Part shown: positions 44,222 to 56,720 of the stretch, in pieces | How the letters are laid out: each line of letters starts with the position of its first letter | Numbering within the stretch: the stretch's first letter is position 1 | NCBI GenBank assembly: GCA_965644315.1 | Contig: CBFFRQ010000066.1 | Span: 372,001 to 436,000, forward strand | Reading direction: 5' to 3' | Length of the DNA stretch: 64,000 nucleotides | DNA from: Caecitellus pseudoparvulus | Lineage: Eukaryota; Protista; Bigyra: Bicosoecida | Made by a program: the position numbers and the translations under genes | The notes under the pieces: generated by a model | Told to the model about the DNA's origin: nothing | Database searches by the model: none | Seen by the model: only the letters and a program-made list of their open reading frames with translations

Positions 44222-47200
44222 ATGGATAGTTTGTTCATGACAAATGTGTTGAGTTGGGCGCAAGCCAGCGCTGGCCTGGGTGAGTGCACAGGGAGGCTGG
44301 TGCAGTGCAGGTGCAGTGCAGCACGAGACGAGCACACAACGGCCCCCCTCCCCTTGGCCTGTCCCTGGTCCCATTTGCAGATGAACGCGCTTCCTTGCAA
44401 TCTCTCTATTCACTGAAGATCCTCCCTGCCCTGTTGCTGAGGAGCCTGCCTTTGCCAGAGTCGCTGGGGAGCATGGTACTGGAGCTGGCGCAGGGGGGGT
44501 ACAGCGTCTCCTTCCGAGCGTACCAAGCGGAGTGCATGCGGCTTGGCATCGTGGAGGCGCTGGTGGAAGGCGACCTGGATCAGGGCCATGCTCGTGCACT
44601 GCACCACGTCGCCGCTCTGCACCGCTTGGCTCGGTGGCGTGCCGCGGCTGAGGGCAAGGCAGGCGGCACGCCAGGTGACGCTGGGGCAGCCTTGCCTCTG
44701 CCAGTGAGCGCTGCCGCACTGCACTGTGCACGACAGTCCTGGCGCTCTGGCACTGGGCGCTGTGTGTGGCCCTTCCACCTCCGTCTGGGCCCTCGGGGGG
44801 TGGCGTCCGCACACGGCGCAGGGTGCGGCATGGCATCCACAGTGGCGGCAGCGCAGGCGTACTACGCGGCAGCGGCAGATCGGCTTGTGACTTGGAGCCT
44901 GCCATCGGACACACCAGCCTCTGTGGCTCGCTTTGTGGAAGGTGGGGAGTGGCGCCCCCTCACCTACGCCGAGCACTGCGCCCTGCACTCTGGCAGCATG
45001 GCTGGGCTGCCGGCTCCGGCCCTGCGCCGCCTATGGCGGTTCCTGCTGCGGGTGGAGCCCAGTGCCTTTGGGCGTCGGTTGTTCCAGGCGCTGAAGGGTG
45101 CAGGGGAGTACCAGCCCCCCCCCCCCGAACGCCGAGCTCTGGTCACGGGACTGTTGCGGCGCGGCGTGCCGTCTGAGCTGCGGGGGTGGTGGTGGGGGGC
45201 AGCGGCAGGCGTGACAGCGCCGCCGTCAGCGTACCCTCGTCACCTGGCGGCCGCTGCGCGACATCTGCGTGAGTGGGGGTCGGAGGAAGACGCCACGGCC
45301 CCGCCGCCGGCTCTGCGCAAGGCAGTGGCGCAGATCGCCAATGACCTCCGACGCACCGTGCAGCACCTGCTCCCCGTCACACTCCTGTCCTGCCACGTCA
45401 CAGCTAGCGCCGCCCGCCCAGGCGATGCCGCCCCGCCCCGCCTGGCCGTGGATGTGCGTTGTGCGGCAGGCCGGGCGTGCTTGGATCGGTGTCTGCACGC
45501 ACACCCGCCGGCACTGAGGCCTTGCGATGTGTTGCCGGAGTCCTTGTTGCAGCAGGATTTCACAGGGCGGGGCGGCGGGCAGGATGGGCCCACTGCTCCG
45601 AGCTCGGCCGAGTCACTGGGGTGGGCTGAGCGCGAGGTGGGGGGTCGGCACCGCCTGACAGGGGAGGCGTGCGAGGCGCTAGACCTGCCGGCGCTGCCGG
45701 AGGGTGGGGGTCTCGCGTATTACGCCAGTGGGCCCAGCCTGGCGTTTCTCGGGGACATCGCCCAGACGGCCGCCAGTGGGGCGCCGGGGTCCCCCCCTCC
45801 CCCCCTTGCCCCAGGTCAGGAGGGGGTGCTCACGGTGTCAGTGCAGCCCAGCCTCCTGGCGCTCTGGCGTGTGCTGCTGGCTGTGACACAGGCTGCGCCA
45901 GAAGTGGGGTACTGCCAGGGCATGAATTTCATGGCCGCCCACGCGCTGCGGTGGATGGGGGAGGCGGAGGCGGCGGCACTGCTGGCGAGGGTGGTGACGG
46001 GGCTGCGACCCGGCCGGGGGCAGTACTACGCCAGCATGGCGCCAGCCGCGGCCGACCTGGCCGTCCTGACGGCCTACGTGTCCGAAGGCTGCCCGCGCCT
46101 GCTGCAGCACGCCGGGGCACTGCCCATGGCGCCGCCAGATCGGGAGATGGTGCTGCAGTCGCTGTGCGGGGGCCACTTGCGCTGGCTGCTGTGCCTGTAC
46201 GCGACGCCCTTCCCGCCCGCCTTCACCAGCCGCCTGTGGGACCTGTACTTCTCGCAGGGCCCCAAGGTGCTGTTCACCCTGGCTCTGGCCTTGCTGCGCC
46301 TCGCCACGCCCTGGCTCCTGCTGCACACGCGCACGTTTCCAGACCTCGTGGCGGCGCTGGAAGGCCTGGGGCCGGCTGTCGTGGCAGCCCTGGCAGCAGA
46401 GGGAGAGGGGCCGGGGGAGGGCTTGCAGGCGCCAGCCCTGCCCCTGGACACGCCTGCTCAGCTGGGAGCCTGTGGGTCCGGGGAGCCCCCTCCCTCCCCC
46501 TGGCGCTTCCCCGTCCTGCCGCTGGGCGCCGCTGAGACAGTGGACTGGGCCGTCGCCATCACCCGCACATCAGTGCACCTGCGCAGCGTGAAAGAGGGCC
46601 AGGAGCGTAGTGCCCGGTACACGCTGGACGCCCACCCCATCACGGGGGGCGCCCCTGTCACCCTGCTCACCTTGCTGTTCGAGGGGCTGCAGCTGCCCCA
46701 CACGACCCTGGCGCCATGTGTGGCGGGGGGGGGTGTACCGGCAGCAGCGCCCCCCTCCTCGCCCGACCCATCTGGCCCCCGACCCCTGCCTGCACTGCAC
46801 GCCTTCGCAGAGGAGGTGGGGGGGTGCCTGCCCACCACGCCCCCCGTGTTTCACGGACAGCAAGCGGGGGGTGCGCTGGCGGTGGCGCTGCTGGGTTGGG
46901 TGCAGTTGCAGGGGTGGGGCGGGCACGTGATGGGGGAGGTGGGGGAGGAGGGGGGCGCTGCGCCGCCACCACCCCCCCTCTGGGCTTCCGTGGACACCGC
47001 TGAGTTGCTGCGTCTGCCTGGCTGTGCGTGGGTGCAGGGTGAGGCCAGCGCCCTGCACCACCTGCCTGCGATGCAGTCCACTGTGGGGGGTGGAGGGGGT
47101 GTTTGCGCCGGCCCCCCTCGCTTGTGGCGGCCCCACGTGTGGGTCATGGCGCCCACCCTGGCGCACGTGCTGCGTTTCGCCCTGCCCCCCCTCCTCCGGG

Positions 47201-50200
47201 GCTCCGTCTGCGACGCCATGGTGGATTGCATCCTGGGCACAGGCAGCGAGGCGGCGGGGGGGGCAGCCGCCTCCCCCCCCCAGCACTCCCTCGCCCAGGC
47301 CACCGCAGCCACCACGGCCAGTTTGGGCGGCGGGTGGTGGGCGGCGGGGGACGCCTCTGCCGCCGCTGGCCTCTCAACCGCGCTGCAGCAGCAGGGGCAG
47401 GCTGCGACGAGGGCCGTGTCCGCCGCGCCGCTGATGCGCCCTCGCGTGGCTCGGCACCATGCGACGTCAGGTCGAGGGCACGCCGCCCGCATCGATGCGG
47501 CACGTGCCAAGCGTGCCATGGCTGCGTTTCACGCAGGAGTGGCCGCCGCTGAGGCGGCTGGGGCGGGGGGAGGTGTAGCGCCAGGGGGGAGTACGGGTGG
47601 CGCCCAGGGCACTGCGGCGCCTGGGCCCACCAGCCGCCTGGCTGGGCCCACCCGCGAGTCAGACGTCACCCGTGCTGCCCTGCTGCACCAGCTGCATCGC
47701 CCCGGGGAGGCGGACAAGGCCTGGCACCTGCTGCGCAGCATGGCAGGGGCCTTTCGCCACGCAGGGGGGGGAGGCACCACCCTGCGTGCGGGAGGCTCCG
47801 TGTACGCACTGCTGCGGGGACTGTGGAGCGCCCTCGTGCAGCGCCAGCCACTGCAGGTGACTGTGGGGGGGGAGGGCGAGGGGGGCAGTCCCCCCGCCAC
47901 GCCCCCTGCCGGGCTGTGCCTGCGTCCACCCCCTTCGCCCGCCAGCCCCCCCCCCTCCACCCCGGAGCCGTGGCCTGAAGTGCTGCTGGTGGCCGTGTCC
48001 AGCCTCACGAACGGGGACCTGGCGGCTGCCGTGGAGGTGGGGGAGGTGTCCCCCGCCCCCGCTGCCCTGCTCACGCACAGCTCCCCTGCCGCCTTGGACA
48101 GCCTCAGCGCTGAAGGCACGTCCGGACTGGCCGCGCCCCTGCCTGAGGGCCTGTCCGCGCTGCTGGGCCTGCATGTGAAGGGGGGCGCTGTGGCCCGACT
48201 GCCCACGTCCCCCCTGGGCTCCCCCCGTGTCGCCAGCAGCCCCCTGGCAGGCAACCCAGCCTACCGCCGGGGGGGGGACTCGCACACCTTCCTCCTGCCC
48301 GCCGTCACGGTGCTGCCGCTGACCCAGCTCGCTGCCACCTTCGCGCCCAACCGGGGGGACCGTGTCATCCACGCCAAGGGAGACCTGCTGGCCACCCTGG
48401 CCACTTGGTGGCCAGGCGCTGCTTCTGGTCGGGGGCAGGAGACCGGGGGGCTCCCCGTGCCCCCCTCGCAGGGGGGGGCGTCGCGCCCTGTCCCTCCCCG
48501 GAACATGGTGGTGGCAGTGGGGGGAAGTGGGGACACCAGTGGCAGCACCCCCCCCTACACCCCCTCTTCCCTCTCCCTGACCTCACACATGGCCACTCTG
48601 CGGGGGCAAGCGGACGGGACCTCCCCCCCGCCACACCTGCAGCACGCCGCCAGGGGCCACGCCACCGCCCATCTGGACGTCGTCACCTCCTCCGTATCCC
48701 AACCAGCGGACCACGCCACCGTGGCGGCGCCGGCGCTCTGGCGCATCATCTCCGCATCACACGCAGCCCAGGCAGCGCCCTACCCTCTGCGCCGCCTGCT
48801 GCCACCCGGCACACAGTCCAAGGTGCACTTGCGTATGGATGGTGGCACCGTGCTGCTTGGGCCACCGGACACGGCCCCGGAGCTGACACCGTCCACCCCC
48901 CCTCCTGCAGCGCAGCGCACCCCCCGTCGCAGCTGGGTGGACCATCTGGGTCTGGGCAGGCTGTTCTCCTCAAGCAAGCCGCCGACCCCGTCCACACCGG
49001 CTGGCGCAGAAGCAGGGGGGGGGGCAACCAGCCCGGCCAGTACCGGGGATGAGGCCGGCCACGCGCAGGGAACAGGCGAGCACTGCCGCCTGGGGCAGGT
49101 ACCCACACTGTGCGGGGAGGGGCAGCTGGCGTTTGCAGTGGCCTTGCGGGTGTCACAGCCCCTACTGCGCCTGCCCAGTGCCGCGCCGCCCATCGGACCC
49201 ACCCTGGTGGCGGCACTGGCGCGCCCCATGTCCGTGACTGTTACCCTGCCCGTGCCGCTGGCGGCCTGCACACCGCAGTGGATGGACACGGCGGAGGCAG
49301 ACCAGGCACAGGCCACGGTGTGGGGCGTCTGGGCGCTCTTCCCCTCTCAGGCGTGGCTCGTGGGTGCCTGGTCGGCACTGGCTGCCCCGCCGCCGGCTGT
49401 CGTGCCTGCCACGGGGCACACGGGCACTGTCGGCATAAGTCAGGCCCAGCTGGATGCGCAGGCGACAGCTGCCCCACACATGCACTCCCTGTCGCGCAGG
49501 GGGCGTCGCAGCATCACTGCGGGGGGGCCTGCGGGCGCTGCTGCTGTGGGGGAGACGCTGGGCACGGCAGGGGCAGGTCGCGCGACTGACCGTGCCTTTC
49601 CCGCGCCCGATGATAAGTCGCGCTTGGCCCTCGTTCTGCCGCACTTGCAGGCCCAGGGCTCAGCGGGGCTGGTGGACTTGGAGGACTGGCTGGTGCAGGG
49701 CATCAGCTTGGCGGCGCTGCGGCGCCTGCACTGGGCCTCCGAAGCGCAGGCGGTGTGGGAGAATCCCGCCCTGCGTGGCAGTCACGCCTCGCTGCCTGCC
49801 TTCTTGGAGGCGGTGGGGGCCGCAGCCGTGGACACCCTCACTCCCAGCGAACGCGGGCTGTTCGACCTTCACGACGCAGACGCTGCCTGGGTGCAGCAGC
49901 AGCAGCAGCAGCAGGCGCAAGTGCGTGTCACCTCACTTGACGCAGCTCCGAGCAGCCGAGCTGCGGAGGACGGGGAGACTGGGCCAGAAGAAGCACCTGC
50001 CCTGTCCACGACCATGGAGGCAAGTGATGACGAAGCAGGGAGTGTGGAAGAAGCTGTGTGTGCCGACGAGGACGACAGCGCGGGCGAGGGTGGCGGCAGT
50101 CCCGCCGCCGGCGCACCCACCCCGCCAGCACACGGCAACTTGAGCCCTTCCAGTGTGCCAGACAGCAGCCCGACGGAACACACACCCCGTCAAGGGGGCT

Positions 50201-51537
50201 TGACCCGCCGGCGGTCTCGCATGACGAAGCTCCTGCGCCCAGCCTCCCTTCGGAGGCACTACGCCTCCGTGCAAGGCCGGTTGCCGGGGCAGGGTCCGGA
50301 GGCGGTGCCCCTGCTGCCGACGCAGCGGCGGGTGGCGCTGTGGTACACCCACGGCGATGCGCACGCCGCCGGTTGCCCGGGCTGGGAGCAGCCCCAGTTC
50401 AAGGACTGTGCCACGCGCTTCTCCCCTGAGCTGATTGAGGTGTACTTCCGCCCTGGCCGAGCCACCGCCCTTTCTCCCCGCAGCCGGGCAGGCACCAGCT
50501 CCAGTTCCCCTGGCAGTACGCCAGCCCAAGCCGCGCCCATCAACCGACCTGGCCGAGCGCCGTCGGATGCAAAGACATACTCCCCCCACGTCTACTTCAG
50601 GGGCGTCCAGCAAACCCGGCAGGAGCCGGGCGGTGCCACGCCAACTCGCCATCGAGCCGCGTCCCAGCTCGCGCCCCGTGCACCGCAAGGGCGCTCTTCT
50701 GCGCTGCAAAAGGCGGCGTCTGCACGCACACTGCTCAAGCCTGGTCATGGTGCTTCCCACACGCGTGCCACCCTTGCAGATGTTCTTTCGCGCCGGGCTG
50801 GGCAAGCCGAGCACGCATGGCACGGCCCTGCTTCCAGCGTGCGCAGCACCCCCACCAAGGCAGATGCCGATGCAGAGCATGCTGCTGATGTCAAGGCTGC
50901 CGAGGAAGCGGGGCTGCACTGGGCACCACACCTCGTCAAAGCCTCCAAAGACGGCTTCCCCGTTCTCCCGTACCCCCTGGCCTTGGAAGCGCCCTTCCAC
51001 TGCGTGCATGCCGCGCTGCGGGCAGCCCTCATGCAGGATGCAGCGCATGCCGTGCTGCGCCACGAAGAATGTGAAACTGCCACTCTGAGCACGCTGCCTG
51101 CTCAGCACGCTGTGCCGGACGCGCCAGAGGGCCGGCGGGAACGTGCGCGACCAGCAGTTTCGTCGGCGCACTTGGACTTGGCCCGTCAGCTGGCTGAGGC
51201 AGCGGCAGCAGGCGAGACGTCTTCCGATGAGGAAGTTGAAGAAGAGCCGAGTGAGGAGGCAGCACCAGGCAGCAGCCATCGGTCGTGTACTGTCAGTTCA
51301 ACCCTCGCCCAGCGCGGCGACGCCCCCGGCCTTGATGAAGAAGCGAGCGGCGGGGAGGAGCCCTCTGCGGCAGGCCCTGACGTGTCAACGCCTGCTGCGG
51401 ACGCTGCCGAGGTGCACCTGCGACGTCGCAAACCCCCTTTGCGCAGCCAGCCCAGCTGGGCCACGGCGCTGCTGATCAGCATGGGCGGGCACATGTGGAC
51501 GAGTTACGAAGTGCGGGAGGACTACTTTGCGCCCTAG
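44222..51537 (+). CDS. Very large TBC (Tre2/Bub2/Cdc16) domain Rab GTPase-activating protein; exons 44222-44279, 44381-51537
   Basis: RRGVPSELRGWWW; R-finger QIANDLRRT; Q-finger VGYCQGMNF; RWLLCLY..RLWDLYFSQG.KVLF.LALALL. A GTGAGT...TTTGCAG intron joins the ATG at 44222 to the long ORF in frame. Confidence 0.85.
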
Positions 51538-51593
51538 GCAGTGCTGGGGAATCAGAATACATTCAATCGCGCAAATAGGCGCCATGCAGTGAG

Positions 51594-54500
51594 CTACTTC
51601 GACTGCCCGGGTGCGGTGGCTTCTGAGCTTGAGTCTTTCGCAGCGACAGCTTTGTGGCGCTTGGCTCCACAGCCTTCCAGCACCTGGCTGGACAGCTGCA
51701 GCAAGACGGGCAGCAAGACGAACCCATGCGTGAATCCGAACAGCATGCTGACGCCCAGAAACATGCGGAAGAAGGTCCGGAAAATGGAGCTGTTGGCAAA
51801 GGCGATGGGCAGCAGCGCGAGGAAAGTGGAAAAGGCGCCGTTGAACACGCTGGTGCCCAGCCCCGTCAGGGCCACGTCAAGCGCTAAGGTTGAGTGTGGC
51901 ACACCTTCGGGTGGCGCCGCCCTAGTTTTGCTTTGTCTGGCTGAGGCGAGGGCGGACTTTGCAACCAACTCGGGGCGTGCCATGGGGTTTTCGTTCGTGC
52001 CTGGAGGGGCGCTCGCCAGCGCCACATCCGCCGGCGTGCGGGGCTGCTCATCATCCACCATGGGATGCGAGAAGGAAACCTTGCGCTTGCGCGGGGCGGG
52101 TGCTGCCGAGTGCCGGAGATTGGCCATTTCGTGAGCGAATGCATGCGCAATGTGGGCTGAGTAGTCCAGAGCGAGGCCCAGGGACAGGATGAGGCAGACG
52201 ACAGAAATGGAGTTCAGCCGCAGGCCCCACCACCAAATGAGCCCCAGCAGGGCCAAGTCCACCATGAGCAGTACAGCGACGACCAGCAGGGCGGACGTGG
52301 CGGACCCCAGGAAGAGCAGGGACAGCAGCACGACGCCACATGATGCAAGTGCGATGTTCAGCAACGCCTCGTCCACAATGATCGCGTCCAGCTCTGTGAA
52401 CAGGTACCACACCGAGAATGCGCGCTGGGGAATGTCGTACCTGGCCCCCTGGTCCCGCACCAAGTCCCGCACGCCGAAGACGGTGACGACCTGGTCCGCT
52501 GTGTTGCGAACGCCAGATGGCTCGTGGCGCGCAGTGTACCGCAAACCCTGCACGACACCCATGCAAGCTGCCACGCCAGCTCTTCCTCGAGCACAGTCTG
52601 CGGCAGATGCGCCACTTCGAGGGCGTGCACTCCACGCCACGCGCACGTGGGACTCAAACAGGGTGTCAGGCGTGGAAACGTTCAGCCACGTCGCCAAGGC
52701 AGTTCCAAACTCCACACAGGAGGAGGAGTTGAACAGGGTGTAGCCGGGGTACTCGCCACTGCTGCGCATGGGCACCGTGGAGTTGGCTGAAACGAGGCGG
52801 GTGGCCCACTGTGCCCTGGCTGCGTCCACAGCAGCTGGCATGGGCGCCAGCATGGTGGCAGGCGCGGACAGCCAGAACAGGAAGCGTGGGTACCACCAAG
52901 GGTCCTCCAAGGATGTGGGCACGACCCACTCAGGCTGCTGCTGCAGCGCCACGCGTGTGTCCTGGATGAGCCGCAGGGTTTGTGTGCAGGGCGACGGGGA
53001 GTACACTGTGGTGTCCCCCGGTGCAGGTGGCACGGCCTGTCCGGCATTGCCCGGCAAATCAGCGAGCGCCGTGACATAGACGTCAAAGTCGGACAGCGCG
53101 GCGGAGTCGAAGACCGTTTCAACTGTGTTGACCCAGTCAAGCACGTACGAGTCGTCTGGCACCAAGTCGCTGACTGGCTGACCCGTGCGCACTTGGGTCA
53201 CTGCCCACGCGGAGAATGCGACGACAGCCCCGAACACGCCAATGACCACAGCCTGCGTCACAGGCTGCGCCAGGAAGGGCACGTAGTATGTGTGAATCAA
53301 GGCAGCCAAGCGGGACTGCTTCTGCAGGGATGGGTTCTCAGGGGCTGGTGGCGAAGCCGGGACAGTGGCGCCTGGCGTCGAGGGGGCCTCGCGTTTGCAG
53401 CTCGTGAAGCAGCACAGCACGTCCCAGCGCTGGGCCGCCTGGCGCCGGCTGTCCAGCTCCAGCGCTGCGGTGAAGAAGAGGATTTCCAGGATGAGAATCC
53501 AGGCCACAGCGGAAGCCGCGTACTGTGTGAACCAGCGCAGAGCAGGCACAGTGGTGAGGGAGCCAACGCCAAACGCGAGAACGTCAGTCAGCGACGTGAA
53601 CACGATGGACATGCCCTCGGACGCCAGCGCGGAGGCCTTTGCCACCACCTCTGGGTCCTCCCCTTCGTCGTCCACGACTCCTTCGTCGCCGTGCCCCGGC
53701 GCACGGTACAGGCCCACCTTGACTGGGAAAAACAGCACCCGCACTCGGGGCGGCGGGCGGCGGTCGGCGTTGGCACGGGCGTCCCAGGCCGCCGCCATGA
53801 CGTACGAGTCATCCACGCCGATGGCCAGCAGGATGAGGGGCAGGATGAGATTCAAGGTGGTGAACGGCACGCCGCCCGCGGCAGCGATGCCGTACCCTGC
53901 GGCGACGCTCAGCAGCACGACCACCAGCCCCGCACCGGCGAGGGACACGCGCAGGCCCACCATGGACGGCGTACGGGTCAGGACGCAGACCGAGTACACG
54001 AACATGAGCGTGAAACCAATTATGGTGTAGGTGATGTCCCCTGAAATGGCTCGCGACAGCTCCCGGCCGATGGAGAAACGTGCCAGCTCGTGCAGCTGCA
54101 GCCCCGGCGGGTCCCGCCGCACGGCATCGAACCACGCCTGCACCCACTCATCCACATCTGCCGCGCTGACAGCCCCCCGCGCCTCCACGACATACACCAC
54201 CTCCACACTGCGCACGGTCTTGGCCTGCAGATCCACGCCCCCCAGCACGCTGGTGTAGTCAGGGAAGGCGGCGAGGAGCTCGTCGAAACGCTGGGAGGCA
54301 TTCTTTGAGCCGTCGGGGCCAAAGATGCCGGCCGGGGACATGCTCCAGGACCCCAGGCCCAGAGCTCCTCCTATGAAGCACTGCTGCGTTCCCGGCACGA
54401 GCGTGCAGAGGTCTTGGTAGGAGAACCCCGCGGAAGTGTTCAAGGCAAGCAGGTCTTGGTGCAACTGTAGCAGCCGGCGCATGTTGCCGTCTGACAGGAT

Positions 54501-55083
54501 GTTCTGATCAGGGCTTCCCTTGCTGGGGAGAACATACAGAGAGTTGGGACTCTGGGATGATGCGAACACTGAGGTGTACACCGCCTCATCTGCCCGCGCC
54601 CGGGTGCCGATGGCTGTGTGAAAGGGCGAAACGAGCGTGCAGTTTCTGGCTGCCAGACGAAGCTGGGCGCCTGGGGCGCAGGCAGGGCGCCTCGCAGGCA
54701 CGCACGACTCCACACTTGCTCGTTCCCCTCTTCCACTTGCAGGCGAAGAAACCCCAGGGAGGCAACGCTCACCACCAAGCAGCTGAGGGTCGATATCAGC
54801 GGGGAGAGCGTGGAGCACAGTCGACGCTGGCCAAGCACCGCACGACGCACCAGGCCACCATGGTCGCCACAGGTGCCTTGATGGCAGTTTTGGTCATCTT
54901 GTAAATAACCCTGTCGAAAGCAGCGCAGCGTCAATGTGCGGGAGGGCTGCCAGGGAGGCTCGCTGCGCGCCGACAAGCAGCACAACCAAATTTCCGCACG
55001 CCTTGGCCTACTGCCCCGTACCTGAACAACAGCACATGCACCTGCTTGGCGATCCACTGCAGGGGTGTATCATGGCCTCCCAT
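51594..55083 (-). CDS. Patched/NPC1-like RND-family protein with sterol-sensing domain; exons 55083-55022, 54910-54851, 54782-54706, 54613-51594
   Basis: TM1 is followed by LQVEEGNEQVWSPIGTRA. SSD motifs LAIGVDDSYV and SIVFTSLTDVLAFGVG..VPALRWF. Second repeat LNSISVVCLILSLGLALDYSAHI and FRTFFRMFLGVSMLFGFTHGFVLLPVLL. Three GT-AG introns keep the frame. Confidence 0.9.
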
Positions 55084-55546
55084 AGTGTTCTGTCCCCTGA
55101 CGTGCCCCTCGTTCCTGGCTGTGGCCTGCGCAAGGACTGAAGGCGCCTGCGGGAGGCGGCCCGATGCTTCGGCCGAGGGTGTGGTGTCGTGTCGCCGACA
55201 CGATCGAAGCGCAGGAGGGGGGGGGCGAAGCCGCACAGCCAGCGCAAGCCACCACGGAGGTGCGCACCGCACGGCCTCGAAGTGTCTACCTGGCAGGGGC
55301 CGGGGTAGTGATGCATTTGATGGCGTTGGTGCGATTGTGCGAACGCGCCAAGGAGGTCCGTGGCACAACCCAACCCCCCACTTCGCCTCCGTGCGGCGCC
55401 GCACACGTGCCCACTGACACGGCCCTGCTCCAAGATGCCCGGCTGCATGGATGGCGGTGCTACAGGAGGGGCTAGAGCCCCTTCCGCGGCGGGGCAATCG
55501 AAGGCAGCGCCTGACAACGAGCCGGCCCACCACATCTCCCCTGGCT

Positions 55547-56503
55547 TCACCTGCCGCCTCCCTGCGCAGCGCGTAAGAGCAGCAGCGCCCTTCGAGCAGG
55601 GCGAAAGGCCGTGCCAGACCACAGGGCGGCAGAGTATGCCTTGGGACATGCCTCGTCCAGCACTGTGGCCTGGGATAGCGGAATGGCCCGACCACCCGGG
55701 TGTGTCAGCAGCAAGCCCACAACGCCCAGCTGACCCACCTCCAGCGCAGAGCACAAGGCACGGTACCTCCTTCCGCAGATGTCTATGCGTCTGTCCCCGG
55801 ACAGTGCCAGCAGCTCCTCCACCACGCCGGTGTGGCCCTGTCTGCACGCCTCAACAAAGGCACTGTCACTGTCCGCGTGAACGTCCACCAGCAGCGGCCC
55901 AGAGAGAGCTAGCAGCTCGCGCACAACTGCGAGGTGGCCGCCTTTGCACGCCTCAGTCAGGGGCCTGTCACGCCCCATGGGCGCTGCGTTCACCGGCACA
56001 CCTGGCAAGGCCAGCAGGCGTCGCACAATGCCCACGTGGCCAGTGGCACAGGCTGCGTGCAGGGGCCACTCGTGTGGTGGCATGAGGCGTTGAAAGTCAA
56101 CGTGCTCGGCCAGTGGCTCGGCCAGCAGTGCGTCCAAGAGGGCCTCGTCTCCGGCCTTGCAGGCAGCTTGAAACGCCCGGCCTGCCTTGGCCATGCGCAC
56201 CTTGCCCTCGTCCGACACACGCTCAAAGATCGCGTGCACCATGCGCGTGTACAGTTGCATGCTGGCGTATTCGCTGACCACCACCAGGCCAGGCTCTGCC
56301 AGCAGTGGCGAAGACACAGGGTGCTGCAGCAGCACCAGGCCGACTGCCTCGCCAGCCATCTTGCGACCCGCTGCCCCCAGCAACCCGGCGCACACGGTCT
56401 CCGCGGAGACAGTGCCCCTGCCTGAGGGTATGCATTGGTCTAGGATGTGCTCAACCTCCGTGGCCCTCCCAGCCCGCACTGCCTTGATGAGTTCCGCGTC
56501 CAT
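55547..56503 (-). CDS. Ankyrin-repeat protein (~318 aa), divergent relative of the 32016-34343 protein
   Basis: PLHAACATGHVGIVRRLLAL, PLTEACKGGHLAVVRELLALSG..VDVHA and AFVEACRQGHTGVVEELLALSGDRRIDI. ATG at 56503. Confidence 0.8.
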   Translation of the reverse strand: MDAELIKAVRAGRATEVEHILDQCIPSGRGTVSAETVCAGLLGAAGRKMAGEAVGLVLLQHPVSSPLLAEPGLVVVSEYASMQLYTRMVHAIFERVSDEGKVRMAKAGRAFQAACKAGDEALLDALLAEPLAEHVDFQRLMPPHEWPLHAACATGHVGIVRRLLALPGVPVNAAPMGRDRPLTEACKGGHLAVVRELLALSGPLLVDVHADSDSAFVEACRQGHTGVVEELLALSGDRRIDICGRRYRALCSALEVGQLGVVGLLLTHPGGRAIPLSQATVLDEACPKAYSAALWSGTAFRPARRALLLLRAAQGGGR

Positions 56504-56720
56504 GTTGGAGCTTGGAGGACAAGTGCACTGCACCTGCGCAGCGGCCAAGTTGCGAAGGGTGCAGCCTGAGGCTTCAGGAGTTGCTCGCGTGGCATGCATC
56601 AGAGGTTTCAGGCCGCAACGTGACTGGGTTGAGGGAAATGTGATTTGCCCCACCACTGCTTGGCAGGGCACTTCTCGCAACAAAAGCTGGGTGGATGCGG
56701 TGGCGAAGCTGCTGTTGCCG

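Noticed and set aside
49890-49916. CAG microsatellite (short polyQ)
   Set aside because: Too short to be notable in this low-complexity protein.
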